This document shows, one piece after another, positions 19,751-28,717 of a DNA stretch of 64,000 bases. The stretch is from positions 2,400,001 through 2,464,000 of the forward strand of contig CAWCKH010000004.1 of assembly GCA_963796055.1 (NCBI GenBank). The letters run 5' to 3'. The notes under the pieces are model-generated. The model searched no databases. It saw nothing but the letters and a program-made list of their open reading frames with translations, and had not been told where the DNA came from. The stretch's first letter is position 1, and every line of letters starts with the position of its first letter. Source of the stretch: an uncultured delta proteobacterium. Its GTDB lineage: Bacteria; Myxococcota; Myxococcia; Myxococcales; Myxococcaceae. Made by a program: the position numbers and the translations under genes.

Positions 19751-21572
19751 CCACCTCGCCACCGCCGTCGCCCTGCTGCTCGCCGGCTCCGCCCTGGCTG
19801 CGGACGCGCCGGTGGTCACCCAGGAGGTGGACCGCACCGAGGTGGGGACCGACGACATCTTCGTCCTCACCGTGCGGGCCGTCGACGCGCCCTCGGGCTC
19901 CTCGCTCCAGCTGCCGGACACCCCGTCGGTGGAGACCATCGGTACCAGCCGGGGCGTGGAGAGCAGCGTCCGGTTCGGCGGCGGAGGCCCCCGGGTGCAG
20001 CAGATCTCCACGCTCCGGGTCCGGATGCGCGCGCTCAAGCCCGGCAAGCTGGTGCTTCCTCCGGCGGAGCTCCACGCCTCCAGCGGGGTGTTCAAGTCGC
20101 AGTCCGTCACGATGCAGGTCAAGGCCGGCCATGTGCCGGATCCGAACGGTGGGGCGCGGCCGCGGCCGGACCCGCTGGGGATGAGCCCCTTCGGTGGAAG
20201 CGACGACGACAACCCATTCGACGTGTTCCGTCGACGCCAGCAGGCCGCAGGCGAGCGAGACCTCTTCCTCCGCGGCGAGCTGGACAAGAAGGAGGTCTAC
20301 CAGGGCGAGCAGGCCACCTTGTCCCTGTGGATCTACGCCCGCGTCGACCTGAGCCGGGTGGACGCGGTCACCATGCCCAGGCTGGACGGGTTCTGGACCG
20401 AGGACGTGGACACGCCGAAGGAGCTCACCGGCGAGACCCGCACCGTGGACGGGGTGGCCTACCGCGCCTATCTCCTGAGGCGGCTGGCCCTGTTCCCGGT
20501 GAAATCCGGTGCGCGGGAGATCGGCCCGGTCGAGGCGGACATCACCACCGGCTTCCTGTTCGCCGGCCGCCGCGAGCACCGTGCCTCGCAGCCGCTCACC
20601 TTGAAGGTGAAGCCGCTGCCTGCAGGCGCGCCGCCCGGGTTCCAGTCCAGCGCGGTGGGGTCCTGGGCGCTCACCGCCGAGCTGACCTCCGGCCGCACCG
20701 AGCTGGGCACGCCGGTGACCCTCCGTCTGACCGTGGAGGGGCGCGGCAACGTGAAGGATCTGGTGTTGCCGCGGCCGGTGCTGCCGCCCGCGCTCAAGCT
20801 CTACGAGCCCACCAGCACCGACAAGACCTCCACCGTCCGGGGGCGGATCCAGGGACGCCGGACGCAGGAGTTTCTCGTCCTGCCGCAGCAGACCGGCACG
20901 TTCGAGATTCCCCCGCTGGAGCTGGCCTACTTCGACCCGGAGAGCCAGCGGTACGAGCGCACCCGGACCGCGCCGCTCACCCTCGCCGTGGTGCCCGGTG
21001 CCGGGGCCAGCGCGGTGGCCGCCACGCCCGGCCGGAGCGACGAGCCCACGGCCCGCAACGTGCTGAACGCGAGCGCGCTGCGGCCGCTTCGCGTCTCGGC
21101 GGTGCTGGACCGGCCGCCGCCGCCATGGCGCGGGGGGTGGTTCCTGGCGCTGCTCGGGCTGCCGCCGCTGGCCCTCGTCGGGGCGCTGGCCGGACAGGCG
21201 GTGCAGCGACACCGGGCGCGATCGGACCCACGCGGAGAGCGACGGCGCCGGGAGCAGCGTGCGCGCGGACGGCTGGCCGCGCTCCGGACGTCGGGACCCG
21301 AGGTGGACGACGCGGCGTTCTCGGCCGAGGTGGACGCGGCGGTGACCGACCTACTCTCGCTGCGGCTGGGGATGCCGGTCACCGGGCTGACGCGGGAGGC
21401 GCTGCGGGCGCGGCTCGCCGGGGCGGGCGCTTCGCCCGAGCTCCAGGCCCGGGTGGCACGGGTCCAGGATGCTTGCGACGAGGTCCGCTTCGCGCCCGGC
21501 GCCGCGCGGATGGACCGCGCGCTGGTGCTCGCCGACACCGAGGCGCTGGCCGGCGGCTGGGAGGAGGCCTGA
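19734..21572 (+). CDS. batD: BatD family protein
   Basis: Signal peptide, repeated Ig-like BatD segments (KEVYQGEQ, AVGSW, VEGRGN, YFDPES), C-terminal TM. Confidence 0.85.
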   Translation: MRRTGSHLATAVALLLAGSALAADAPVVTQEVDRTEVGTDDIFVLTVRAVDAPSGSSLQLPDTPSVETIGTSRGVESSVRFGGGGPRVQQISTLRVRMRALKPGKLVLPPAELHASSGVFKSQSVTMQVKAGHVPDPNGGARPRPDPLGMSPFGGSDDDNPFDVFRRRQQAAGERDLFLRGELDKKEVYQGEQATLSLWIYARVDLSRVDAVTMPRLDGFWTEDVDTPKELTGETRTVDGVAYRAYLLRRLALFPVKSGAREIGPVEADITTGFLFAGRREHRASQPLTLKVKPLPAGAPPGFQSSAVGSWALTAELTSGRTELGTPVTLRLTVEGRGNVKDLVLPRPVLPPALKLYEPTSTDKTSTVRGRIQGRRTQEFLVLPQQTGTFEIPPLELAYFDPESQRYERTRTAPLTLAVVPGAGASAVAATPGRSDEPTARNVLNASALRPLRVSAVLDRPPPPWRGGWFLALLGLPPLALVGALAGQAVQRHRARSDPRGERRRREQRARGRLAALRTSGPEVDDAAFSAEVDAAVTDLLSLRLGMPVTGLTREALRARLAGAGASPELQARVARVQDACDEVRFAPGAARMDRALVLADTEALAGGWEEA

Positions 21573-22264
21573 TGGCCGGCGACTCCCAGCTGCTCTTCCA
21601 GCAGGGTCTGCAGGCCTATGGCCGGGGCGACGTGGCCGCCGCCGAGGACGCATTCCGCACGCTCGTCGAGCGGGGCCACGACGGCCCCGACGTCCTCTAC
21701 AACCTCGGCACCACCGCGCTGGCACAGGGAAAGATCGGGGAGGCGGTGTACGCGCTCGAGCAGGCGCGCCGGGCGGGGGGCGGCTCGGACGTCGATGCCA
21801 ACCTCACCATCGCCCGCGGCAAGCAGCTCGATCAGCTGGTGGGCGCGCAGGGCGAGGAGCCCTTCGTCGAGCGCGTCGCCGTGGCCACCTCTCCGGCCCT
21901 GGCGGGCGGGCTCTTCGCCGGGCTGTGGGCCCTGGGGTTCCTGCTGCTCGCCGCCCGGGTGGTCATGAGGCGCTGGCGGGGCTGGCTGGTCGGTGGGGCA
22001 GTCTCGGCGCTGGCGCTCAGCGCCCCGGCCGGGGCGGTCCTCGCCGCCCACCTCTATACCCAGGAGGCGGTGCGGGAGGGGGTGGTGCTCGCCCGGACGC
22101 TCCCCGTGCACGAGGTCCCCGAGGCGCGGAGCAAGGTGTCCTTCGAGCTCCACCCCGGGGTGAAGCTCCGGATGCTCGACCGCTCGGGGGACTTCGTCCG
22201 CGTGCGCCTCCCCAACGGTCTCGAGGGATGGACGGATCCCGCGGGGGTGTCCCCCCTGCGCTGA
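21572..22264 (+). CDS. BatE-like TPR + SH3 protein
   Basis: TPR (LYNLGT...A...GEA), two TMs, SH3-like ELHPGVKL...VRLPNGLEGW. TGATG overlap. Confidence 0.82.
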   Translation: MAGDSQLLFQQGLQAYGRGDVAAAEDAFRTLVERGHDGPDVLYNLGTTALAQGKIGEAVYALEQARRAGGGSDVDANLTIARGKQLDQLVGAQGEEPFVERVAVATSPALAGGLFAGLWALGFLLLAARVVMRRWRGWLVGGAVSALALSAPAGAVLAAHLYTQEAVREGVVLARTLPVHEVPEARSKVSFELHPGVKLRMLDRSGDFVRVRLPNGLEGWTDPAGVSPLR

Positions 22265-22287
22265 GGGCCCTTGCGGTCGGAGAGGAC

Positions 22288-22701
22288 ATGCTACACCTCC
22301 TCCTCCGACCCCTCGTGGACCCCCGCTCTCCGTTCCGGATCCTGGTCGTGGAGGACGAGCCCGTCATCCGGGAGCTCGTGCGGAGCATGCTCGACGACGG
22401 GCAGGTGGTGGTGGAGACCGCGGGCAACGGCACCGAGGGACTCCGGCGGGCCCGCGAGTCTCGCTTCGACCTGGTGCTGCTGGACGTGGTGCTCCCCGGG
22501 ATGGACGGGCTCACGGTCTGCCGGATGCTCAAGGCGGACCCGACCACCGCCCCGGTTCCGCTCTACATGCTGACCGCCAAGACGCGGCGGAGCGACCTCG
22601 AGGCGGCGCTGGCCGCCGGGGCGAACGGGTACATCCACAAGCCGTTCCGCGGCTCCGAGCTGATGGAGCTGGTGGAGCGGCTGCGGACGGGGGAAGGCTA
22701 G
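22288..22701 (+). CDS. Single-domain response regulator (CheY-like)
   Basis: ILVVEDE, LLDVVLPGMDG, LTA, YIHKPF. Start 22288 or 22315. Confidence 0.92.
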   Translation: MLHLLLRPLVDPRSPFRILVVEDEPVIRELVRSMLDDGQVVVETAGNGTEGLRRARESRFDLVLLDVVLPGMDGLTVCRMLKADPTTAPVPLYMLTAKTRRSDLEAALAAGANGYIHKPFRGSELMELVERLRTGEG

Positions 22702-23024
22702 GGGAGACGGGGGTGGAGGAAGCGGGCGAGGGCGAAGAGGTCGTCCCAGTCCAGCCCGTCGAACTCCAGCGCCACCCCGGTGGAGTCCTGGCGCACCACC
22801 GAGCAGCGCAGCTGCAGCGCCCGGTCACCGGGGAGTGGTAGGGCCACGATCAGCGACTGGCCCACCGGCGCCCGGAGCCCGAGAACGCGGAGGCCCGCGA
22901 GCGAGATGTCCTCGGCCACCGCCTGACGGAGCAGACCCGGCCCGCGGACCTCGACCGGCAGGTGGGCGGCGACGCGCGGATGCTGGCGTTCGCGGATGGA
23001 TCCGAGATCGGGTGTGTCCGGCAT
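22698..23024 (-). CDS. PilZ domain protein
   Basis: RQHPR (RxxxR) and DISLAG (DxSxxG) c-di-GMP-binding motifs. Confidence 0.85.
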   Translation of the reverse strand: MPDTPDLGSIRERQHPRVAAHLPVEVRGPGLLRQAVAEDISLAGLRVLGLRAPVGQSLIVALPLPGDRALQLRCSVVRQDSTGVALEFDGLDWDDLFALARFLHPRLP

Positions 23025-23263
23025 CGCGTGGCTCGGAGCGTGGACGTCCTTCAGGGCCCGAGTGTGAGGGAGGTTCGGCGGCCGGGCAACTTCCTGGGGG
23101 ACCCTCGTGCGGACCCGACCGCGCGTCGCCTCGGCGCGTCTCGCGTGCCGGGCGGTCCGTCCCGGGTCCCGGAGCCTCGGCCGGCCCGTTCTCCCCCGGG
23201 CCCGTGCCGGGCACGATCCGTGAATCGGCCGGGGTCAGGTCCCCACCGGGGGAGGAGGACGGG

Positions 23264-23656
23264 ATGGACACGCCAGTCATCACGGGAGCTGTGGGCGCGC
23301 AGCCGCCACAGAAGAAGGGCTTCGGGGACATCCTCGGGTCGGCGCTGGGCGGGTTCGCCCGTGGGGCCGGCAGCGCGATCTCGGTGCTCTCGCCGCCGGC
23401 GGCGCTGGTGGGGGGCATCGTCTCGGGGCTCGCCTCGGCGGTCTCCGCCATCGCCGGCGGCGGGAGTGCGCCACAGCCCATCCGCTCCGACGCCGATCTC
23501 CTGGCGCTCCTGTCGCAGCCCGGGGAGTTGAGCAGCCAGGACTACCTGCGCATCCAGCAGTACATGCAGGCGGAGGCGCAACAGTTCACCGCCGTGTCCA
23601 ACATCCTCAAGGTCAGGTCGGACTCGGCGAAGGCAGCGATCAACAACATCCGCTAG
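23264..23656 (+). CDS. Putative T3SS needle/filament-like subunit (SctF-like C-terminus)
   Basis: GGAGGAGG RBS. C-terminus YLRIQQYMQAEAQQFTAVSNILKVRSDSAKAAINNIR resembles needle-protein C-terminal helices. First gene of the cluster. Confidence 0.55.
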   Translation: MDTPVITGAVGAQPPQKKGFGDILGSALGGFARGAGSAISVLSPPAALVGGIVSGLASAVSAIAGGGSAPQPIRSDADLLALLSQPGELSSQDYLRIQQYMQAEAQQFTAVSNILKVRSDSAKAAINNIR

Positions 23657-23658
23657 CC

Positions 23659-24036
23659 ATGGCCATCGAGCGCATCGGGACAGCGGGGGTCGTGCCCTCG
23701 CCGGAGCGGACGCGGGGTGCCGCGCCGGTCCGGTTCGAGGCGCGGCTCCGGGAGCGTCCGGCCTCGGTGCCCCGACTGGAGATCCAGCCGCGCCGGCTGG
23801 TCCCGGCCCAGCCGCCCCGGGTGGACCCCGGTGCCTGGCTGGGCCGGGTCGCCGCGGCGCAGGCCCGGATGGACCGCATCCTCGCCCTGGCCGCGTCCGG
23901 GCGGACCTTCTCGCCCGCGGAGCTCCTTTCGCTGCAGGCCGGCGTGGCCGAGGCCAGCCAGACGGTGGACCTCGCGGGCAAGCTGCTCGACCGGATCAGC
24001 GGCGGAGTGAAGGCGCTGCTCCAGACGCAGGTGTGA
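23659..24036 (+). CDS. sctI: T3SS inner-rod protein (SctI/HrpB2-like)
   Basis: SPAELLSLQ...VDLAGKLLDRISGGVKALLQTQ C-terminal motif. Immediately before sctJ. Confidence 0.75.
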   Translation: MAIERIGTAGVVPSPERTRGAAPVRFEARLRERPASVPRLEIQPRRLVPAQPPRVDPGAWLGRVAAAQARMDRILALAASGRTFSPAELLSLQAGVAEASQTVDLAGKLLDRISGGVKALLQTQV

Positions 24037-24827
24037 CGGTGCGCCGGCCACTGCTCGCGGTGCTGCTGCTGCTGCCGGAGATGGGCTGCTCCACGCGGGT
24101 GCAGCACGGGCTCGACGAGCGGCAGGCCAACGAGATTCAGACCGTGCTGGTGGAGCGCGGCTTCCGGGCGCGGAAGGTGGTGGAGGATGGCCGGCCTCCG
24201 ACCTGGGCGGTGGAGGTGGAGGCGGCCGACGCTGCCGACGCGGTGCGGGTGCTCGCCGAGCAGGGGCTGCCGCGCGCCCGGCCTGCAGGAGTGCGCGAGC
24301 TCCTGAAGCCGGGGCTCGTCCCGGACCCGGTGGAGCAGCACGCGCTGCTCCTCGAGGCGCAGTCCGGCGAGCTGGAGCGGACGCTCGAGGCCGTGGACGG
24401 GGTGGTGTCCGCCCGGGTGCATCTGGTCCGTCCTCAGCTTTCTCGAAATGGGGTGCCCAGCGCGCCGACCAAGGCGGCGGTCTACCTCCGGGCCCAGCCC
24501 GTGGCGACGGCGAAGATCGAGTCGATGAAGGACGAGCTCCGGGCGCTGGTGGCCGGCTCGGTCGAGGCGCTCGAGCCGGCGGCGGTGACCCTGGTCGTCT
24601 CCGAGGTCGTCTCCACCGTGCCGCGGCGCGCGCCAGCGCCGGTGCGGTCGGCGTGGGCGCCGGCCCTGCTCGGCGCCGGCGTGCTCGTGCTCGGTGGAGC
24701 GGCCGGCGGAGGCGCGCTCTGGTTGCGGCGTCGCGCCCGGCGCCGGGGCGTGCAGCCGCCCGGGCCCACGGGGCTTGCGCTCCGGCCGGTGGTCCAGGCG
24801 CCGCTCGTGCGCCGGGAGGCCGGTTGA
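24033..24827 (+). CDS. sctJ: T3SS inner-membrane ring lipoprotein (SctJ/YscJ)
   Basis: GC lipobox-like site, HGLDERQANEI, GLPR, GELERTLEAVDGVVSARVHLV, C-terminal TM. Confidence 0.9.
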   Translation: MTVRRPLLAVLLLLPEMGCSTRVQHGLDERQANEIQTVLVERGFRARKVVEDGRPPTWAVEVEAADAADAVRVLAEQGLPRARPAGVRELLKPGLVPDPVEQHALLLEAQSGELERTLEAVDGVVSARVHLVRPQLSRNGVPSAPTKAAVYLRAQPVATAKIESMKDELRALVAGSVEALEPAAVTLVVSEVVSTVPRRAPAPVRSAWAPALLGAGVLVLGGAAGGGALWLRRRARRRGVQPPGPTGLALRPVVQAPLVRREAG

Positions 24828-24838
24828 GCCGTCGGGGG

Positions 24839-25357
24839 ATGCAGGTCGAGGGTCGGCGCTCGCCGGGTGCCGCTGCCGCGGAGAGTCGGGGGCGTGCCGG
24901 GAGCGAGTCCCGGGCGGGAGCCCCGGCCGGGGCTGACGGACTGGAGGACCTGGTGCGGATGGTCTCAGCGCTCGACGCTGAACGAGCCACTGCCCTGCTC
25001 TCGGGCCTCGCCGAGACGCTCCGCCCGCAGGCGCTCAGGCTGCTGGCGTGCATCGAGCGGAGCAGTCGGGCCGACCGTCACGCCGCCCTGGCGAGCGCCT
25101 TTGTGCCCCGGTGCACGGGACGCGCGCCGGTCGACGCCATCCCCGGTCTGCTCGGAGCCGAGGTGCGGAACCAGCTCGCTCCCGGAGCCGCTCCCACCGC
25201 GGCCTCCGGTCCGGAGGCCATGGTGCGCTGGTCCCGGCGCGTGGCGCTCGAGCTGGAGCGTGCCCCGACGATGCCGGGTCGAGCTGCGCTCCCGCCGGGC
25301 CGGCGCGAGTCGGGGGTCACTCCAGCGCCGGGGATGCGCTGTGGACGCAGGCGCTGA
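24839..25357 (+). CDS. Hypothetical T3SS protein (SctK position; FliG/SctK-like?)
   Basis: Helical ORF directly after sctJ. Function inferred from position only. Confidence 0.45.
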   Translation: MQVEGRRSPGAAAAESRGRAGSESRAGAPAGADGLEDLVRMVSALDAERATALLSGLAETLRPQALRLLACIERSSRADRHAALASAFVPRCTGRAPVDAIPGLLGAEVRNQLAPGAAPTAASGPEAMVRWSRRVALELERAPTMPGRAALPPGRRESGVTPAPGMRCGRRR

Positions 25358-25580
25358 CCCAACGATGCGCGCACGGGGGTGACCCCCGAGCGCGGGCTGC
25401 ATGTACGCCGACGCCCGATGCAGGACGCGAGCGGCGACGCGTTCCGGCGACGCGAGAGCACGGTCCGGAGCCACCGGTGGATGCGCACCTCGACCGTCCC
25501 GGGGTATCGCCGGTCAGTCTCGCGGCCCGGACCCGAGCGCCGGAGCGCTCCCTCTCGCCGCGTCTGGCCCGTGACTCGCA

Positions 25581-26708
25581 ATGGCGGCGGGTTCGATGCG
25601 CGCGCTCTCCGCCCCGAGCACCCGCTGGCCGCTCGTCCGGCTCACCACCCGGAAGCTGGGCCGCGCACGTCTGCTCGTCGACCGACGCCCCGCGCTGCTG
25701 GCCGAGCTCGAGGCGCTCCGGGCGGCGGCCGCCCACGCCGTGACCGACGCGCTGGGCACCGAGGTCCAGCTCACCGCGCGGATGGCGGACACGCCGGTGG
25801 TGCCCGCGCGTGCGCTCGGACACGCGGCGCTCTTCTGCGTGGTGGCGCTCGGGGGGCCCGGCGTCGAGGCGGTGCTGGAGCTGGACCCCAGGCTCGCCGC
25901 CGGGCTCGCGGCCCGGCGCACCGGGGCCCCGGCTCCCGAGGTCCCGGTGCTCGCGGCGACGCGCTTCGAGCGCGCGCTCCTGGCGGAGCTGCTGCTCCGG
26001 CTGCTCGCGGCGCTGCGGGAGGTCCGGGAGCCGGAGTCCCGGTGGCGCCCGCGTCTGGTCGAGGTCGGCGCGGCCCGCGCCGAGGCCGAGCGGCGCCTGG
26101 GCTCCGGTCCGTCGCTCGTCGTCGAGCTGGGAGTGGAGTGTGCCGCGCTTCGCGGGCGCGCCGTGCTCCTCCTCTCCGAGCTGGCCCTGCGTGCCGTGGC
26201 CCTGGCGGTCCCCGGGCCTGTCGCCCCGCCGGGTCCGGTCGCCTCGCGGGTGCGCATCCTGTTCTCGCCGCGCGCTCGCTGCGGGGTGGTCTGGGCGCAC
26301 CAGCTCGCTTCCCTCGCCGGCTCGGCGGTGGTGCTCCCCGGCGCGCGGCTGGTGGACGGAGCGTTGCACGGGCCGCTGGCGCTGGTGCGGCCCGGAGCCG
26401 TCCTCCGCGGCGCGCTCTCCGGCGAGGGCTTTCGCCACTCCGGCGCCGAGCTGCTCCCGCCTTCTCTGGAGGTCACCCACGTGGATCCCGCACTGTCCGA
26501 ACTGCCGGTCGAGCTCGAGGTGGAGCTCGCGCGCGTTGCGCTGTCCCTCGCCGAGGTCTCTGCCCTCCAGCCCGGTGCGGTGGTCCCGCTCCGGGTGAGC
26601 GCCGGCGATCCGGTGTTCCTCCGCGCCGGAGACCGCCGTATCGCCCGGGCCGAGCTGGTGGAGGTGGAGGGCGAGGTCGCCGCCCGCGTCCTGGAGCTCG
26701 TGCCTTGA
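25581..26708 (+). CDS. sctQ: C-ring protein with SPOA domain (SctQ/FliM-FliN)
   Basis: C-terminal ELPVELEVELARVALSLAEVSALQPGAVVPL...IARAELVEVEGEVAARV. Confidence 0.85.
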   Translation: MAAGSMRALSAPSTRWPLVRLTTRKLGRARLLVDRRPALLAELEALRAAAAHAVTDALGTEVQLTARMADTPVVPARALGHAALFCVVALGGPGVEAVLELDPRLAAGLAARRTGAPAPEVPVLAATRFERALLAELLLRLLAALREVREPESRWRPRLVEVGAARAEAERRLGSGPSLVVELGVECAALRGRAVLLLSELALRAVALAVPGPVAPPGPVASRVRILFSPRARCGVVWAHQLASLAGSAVVLPGARLVDGALHGPLALVRPGAVLRGALSGEGFRHSGAELLPPSLEVTHVDPALSELPVELEVELARVALSLAEVSALQPGAVVPLRVSAGDPVFLRAGDRRIARAELVEVEGEVAARVLELVP

Positions 26709-27016
26709 GTCTGGCCGTCCATGTCCGCCGCCCCATCGCGCTGCTCGCCCCCCTCGGTGGCGCGGCCCTCATGCTCCTGGTGCTGGGGCCGAACCTCCGC
26801 GGTGGCGCGGCCGCGCTGCTCGCTGCTTCGGCGACCCTGGCGATGCGGCTTCGGCCCGGCGTGTCCTCCCCCGCGGAGCCCCGACCGTTGCGCGTCCTCG
26901 AGCGGCTGCAGCTCGGACCACGCCTCACGGTGGTGCTGGTCGAGACCGCAGGGCGCCGTTACCTCGTCACCACCGGAGCCACGGTGACCCCGCTGCCGCT
27001 GGAGGGGCCGCCGTGA
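26705..27016 (+). CDS. FliO-like small membrane protein
   Basis: N-terminal hydrophobic segments then LRVLERLQLGPRLTVVLVETAGRRYLV (FliO-type beta domain). Overlaps both neighbours. Confidence 0.7.
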   Translation: MSLAVHVRRPIALLAPLGGAALMLLVLGPNLRGGAAALLAASATLAMRLRPGVSSPAEPRPLRVLERLQLGPRLTVVLVETAGRRYLVTTGATVTPLPLEGPP

Positions 27017-27690
27017 GCCCGCTCCTCGCCGCGCCCATCCCGCTTCCCGAGCCGGGGGCGAACCCGGTGTCGCTGCTGCTGCTGCTCGCGGGGATGAGCC
27101 TCCTCCCCTTCCTGATGGTGATGGCCACCAGCTTCACCAAGATCAGCGTCGTTCTCTCGCTCACCCGCTCGGCGCTGGGGACGCAGCAGGCCCCGCCCAC
27201 GGTGGTGCTGACCGGGCTCGCCGCGGTGCTCTCGCTGGTGGTGATGAGCCCCGTCGCCGAGGCGATGCTCGCCCGCATTCACGGCGAGCGGCTGCCCTCG
27301 GTCCCGGGCCCGGAGCTGCTCCGGGTCGTCCAGAGCGCCGCCGAGCCGCTGCGTGCCTTCCTCGTCGAGCAGGGCAGCCCCGAGCTCCGGGCCGAGTTCG
27401 CCGCGCTCTCCCGTGAGCTCCACGGCGGCGCGGAGGTGTCGGAGAGCGACCTGGCGGTGGTGGCTCCGGCCTTCGTGCTCTCCGAGCTCAAGCAAGCCTT
27501 CCAGATCGGCTTCCTGGTCTTCCTTCCGTTCCTGGTGGTGGACATGGTGGTGGCCAACGTCCTGCTCGCGCTGGGGATGCAGTCGCTGTCGCCGTCGCAG
27601 GTGAGCCTCCCGTTCAAGGTCCTCCTCTTCGTTGCCGTGGACGGCTGGGCGCTGCTGGCCCGGAGCCTCGTCCAGGGGTACCGGGGATGA
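27013..27690 (+). CDS. sctR: Export gate SctR/FliP
   Basis: TSFTKISVVLSLTRSALGTQQAPP, PAFVLSELKQAFQIGFLVFLPFLVVDMVVANVLLALGM, LPFKVLLFVAVDGW. Confidence 0.95.
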   Translation: MSPLLAAPIPLPEPGANPVSLLLLLAGMSLLPFLMVMATSFTKISVVLSLTRSALGTQQAPPTVVLTGLAAVLSLVVMSPVAEAMLARIHGERLPSVPGPELLRVVQSAAEPLRAFLVEQGSPELRAEFAALSRELHGGAEVSESDLAVVAPAFVLSELKQAFQIGFLVFLPFLVVDMVVANVLLALGMQSLSPSQVSLPFKVLLFVAVDGWALLARSLVQGYRG

Positions 27691-27953
27691 GCATCGAGGC
27701 GCTCCTGGCCGTCGGGCGCGAGGCGCTGGTCCTGATGGTCCTCGCCTCCCTGCCGCCGGTGCTCGCGGGGCTGGTGGTGGGTGTTGGCATGGGGCTGCTC
27801 CAGGCGGTCACCCAGGTGCAGGAGGCGACGCTCTCGGTCGTTCCGCGCCTCTGCGCGGCGCTGCTCGCGCTGGCCGTCGCCTTCCCCTGGATCGGCGGAC
27901 AGCTGCTCCGCTTCACCGCCGCTCTCCTCCAGGCGGCGGGGTCCGTCCGGTGA
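27687..27953 (+). CDS. sctS: Export gate SctS/FliQ
   Basis: GLLQAVTQVQEATLSVVPRL. Confidence 0.93.
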   Translation: MSIEALLAVGREALVLMVLASLPPVLAGLVVGVGMGLLQAVTQVQEATLSVVPRLCAALLALAVAFPWIGGQLLRFTAALLQAAGSVR

Positions 27954-28717
27954 TCCGCGCCCTCGCCGCGCTGGCGGAGGCAGCCAGGCCCGAGCTGCTG
28001 GGCTGGGCGCTGGCGTCGATGCGGGTGCTGCCGGTGACACTGTTCTGCCCGGTGCTCGGCGGACAGCTGGTCTCCGCCCCGGTGCGGCTTGCCGTGGCGG
28101 GCTCCCTCGCGCTCACGCTCCGCCCGCTCGCCGGCCCGGTCACGGAGGCCTCGCTCGACTTCTTCGCCCGCTGTGGTCGGGAGGCCGCAGTGGGTCTCCT
28201 CGTCGGCCTGGGGGCCGCGCTCCCCTTCGACGCTGCGCGCATCGGGGGCCGACTGGTCGACCTGGTGCGTGGCACCTCGGCGGAGGCGGCTCTGCCCGTG
28301 GCTGGCCACCGCGAGTCGGCGACGGGCGACGTGCTGCACCAGCTGCTGGTGTCGCTCGCGCTGGCTGCGGGGGTGCTTCCGGTCATGGTCCGGGCGCTCG
28401 CCAGGAGCTACGTCCTCGTCCCGCTCGGCAGCGGCGGCGGGAGAACCGACGGCGCCCTCGCGCTGGCCGGGCTGGTGGGCGCGGCGCTCGCCACCGGGCT
28501 CTCGGTGGCGGCGCCCGTCGTCGCGCTGAGCTGGGCAACGGACGCCGCGGTCGGCCTCGTGCTGCGCGCCGCGCCGGGCCTGCCTGCGACCGAGCTGGCC
28601 ACCCCGGTGCGCATCCTCGGCGGGGCGACGGTGCTCTGGCTCTCGCTCGGGCTGGTGGCGGACCGGCTGCTCGCGCTCGCATCGGACGGCTGGCTCCCGG
28701 GAGTGCTGGGGCGATGA
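27950..28717 (+). CDS. sctT: Export gate SctT/FliR
   Basis: Hydrophobic, with REAAVGLLVG...GGRLVDLVRG and GLVLRAAP. Position between sctS and sctU. Confidence 0.88.
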   Translation: MIRALAALAEAARPELLGWALASMRVLPVTLFCPVLGGQLVSAPVRLAVAGSLALTLRPLAGPVTEASLDFFARCGREAAVGLLVGLGAALPFDAARIGGRLVDLVRGTSAEAALPVAGHRESATGDVLHQLLVSLALAAGVLPVMVRALARSYVLVPLGSGGGRTDGALALAGLVGAALATGLSVAAPVVALSWATDAAVGLVLRAAPGLPATELATPVRILGGATVLWLSLGLVADRLLALASDGWLPGVLGR

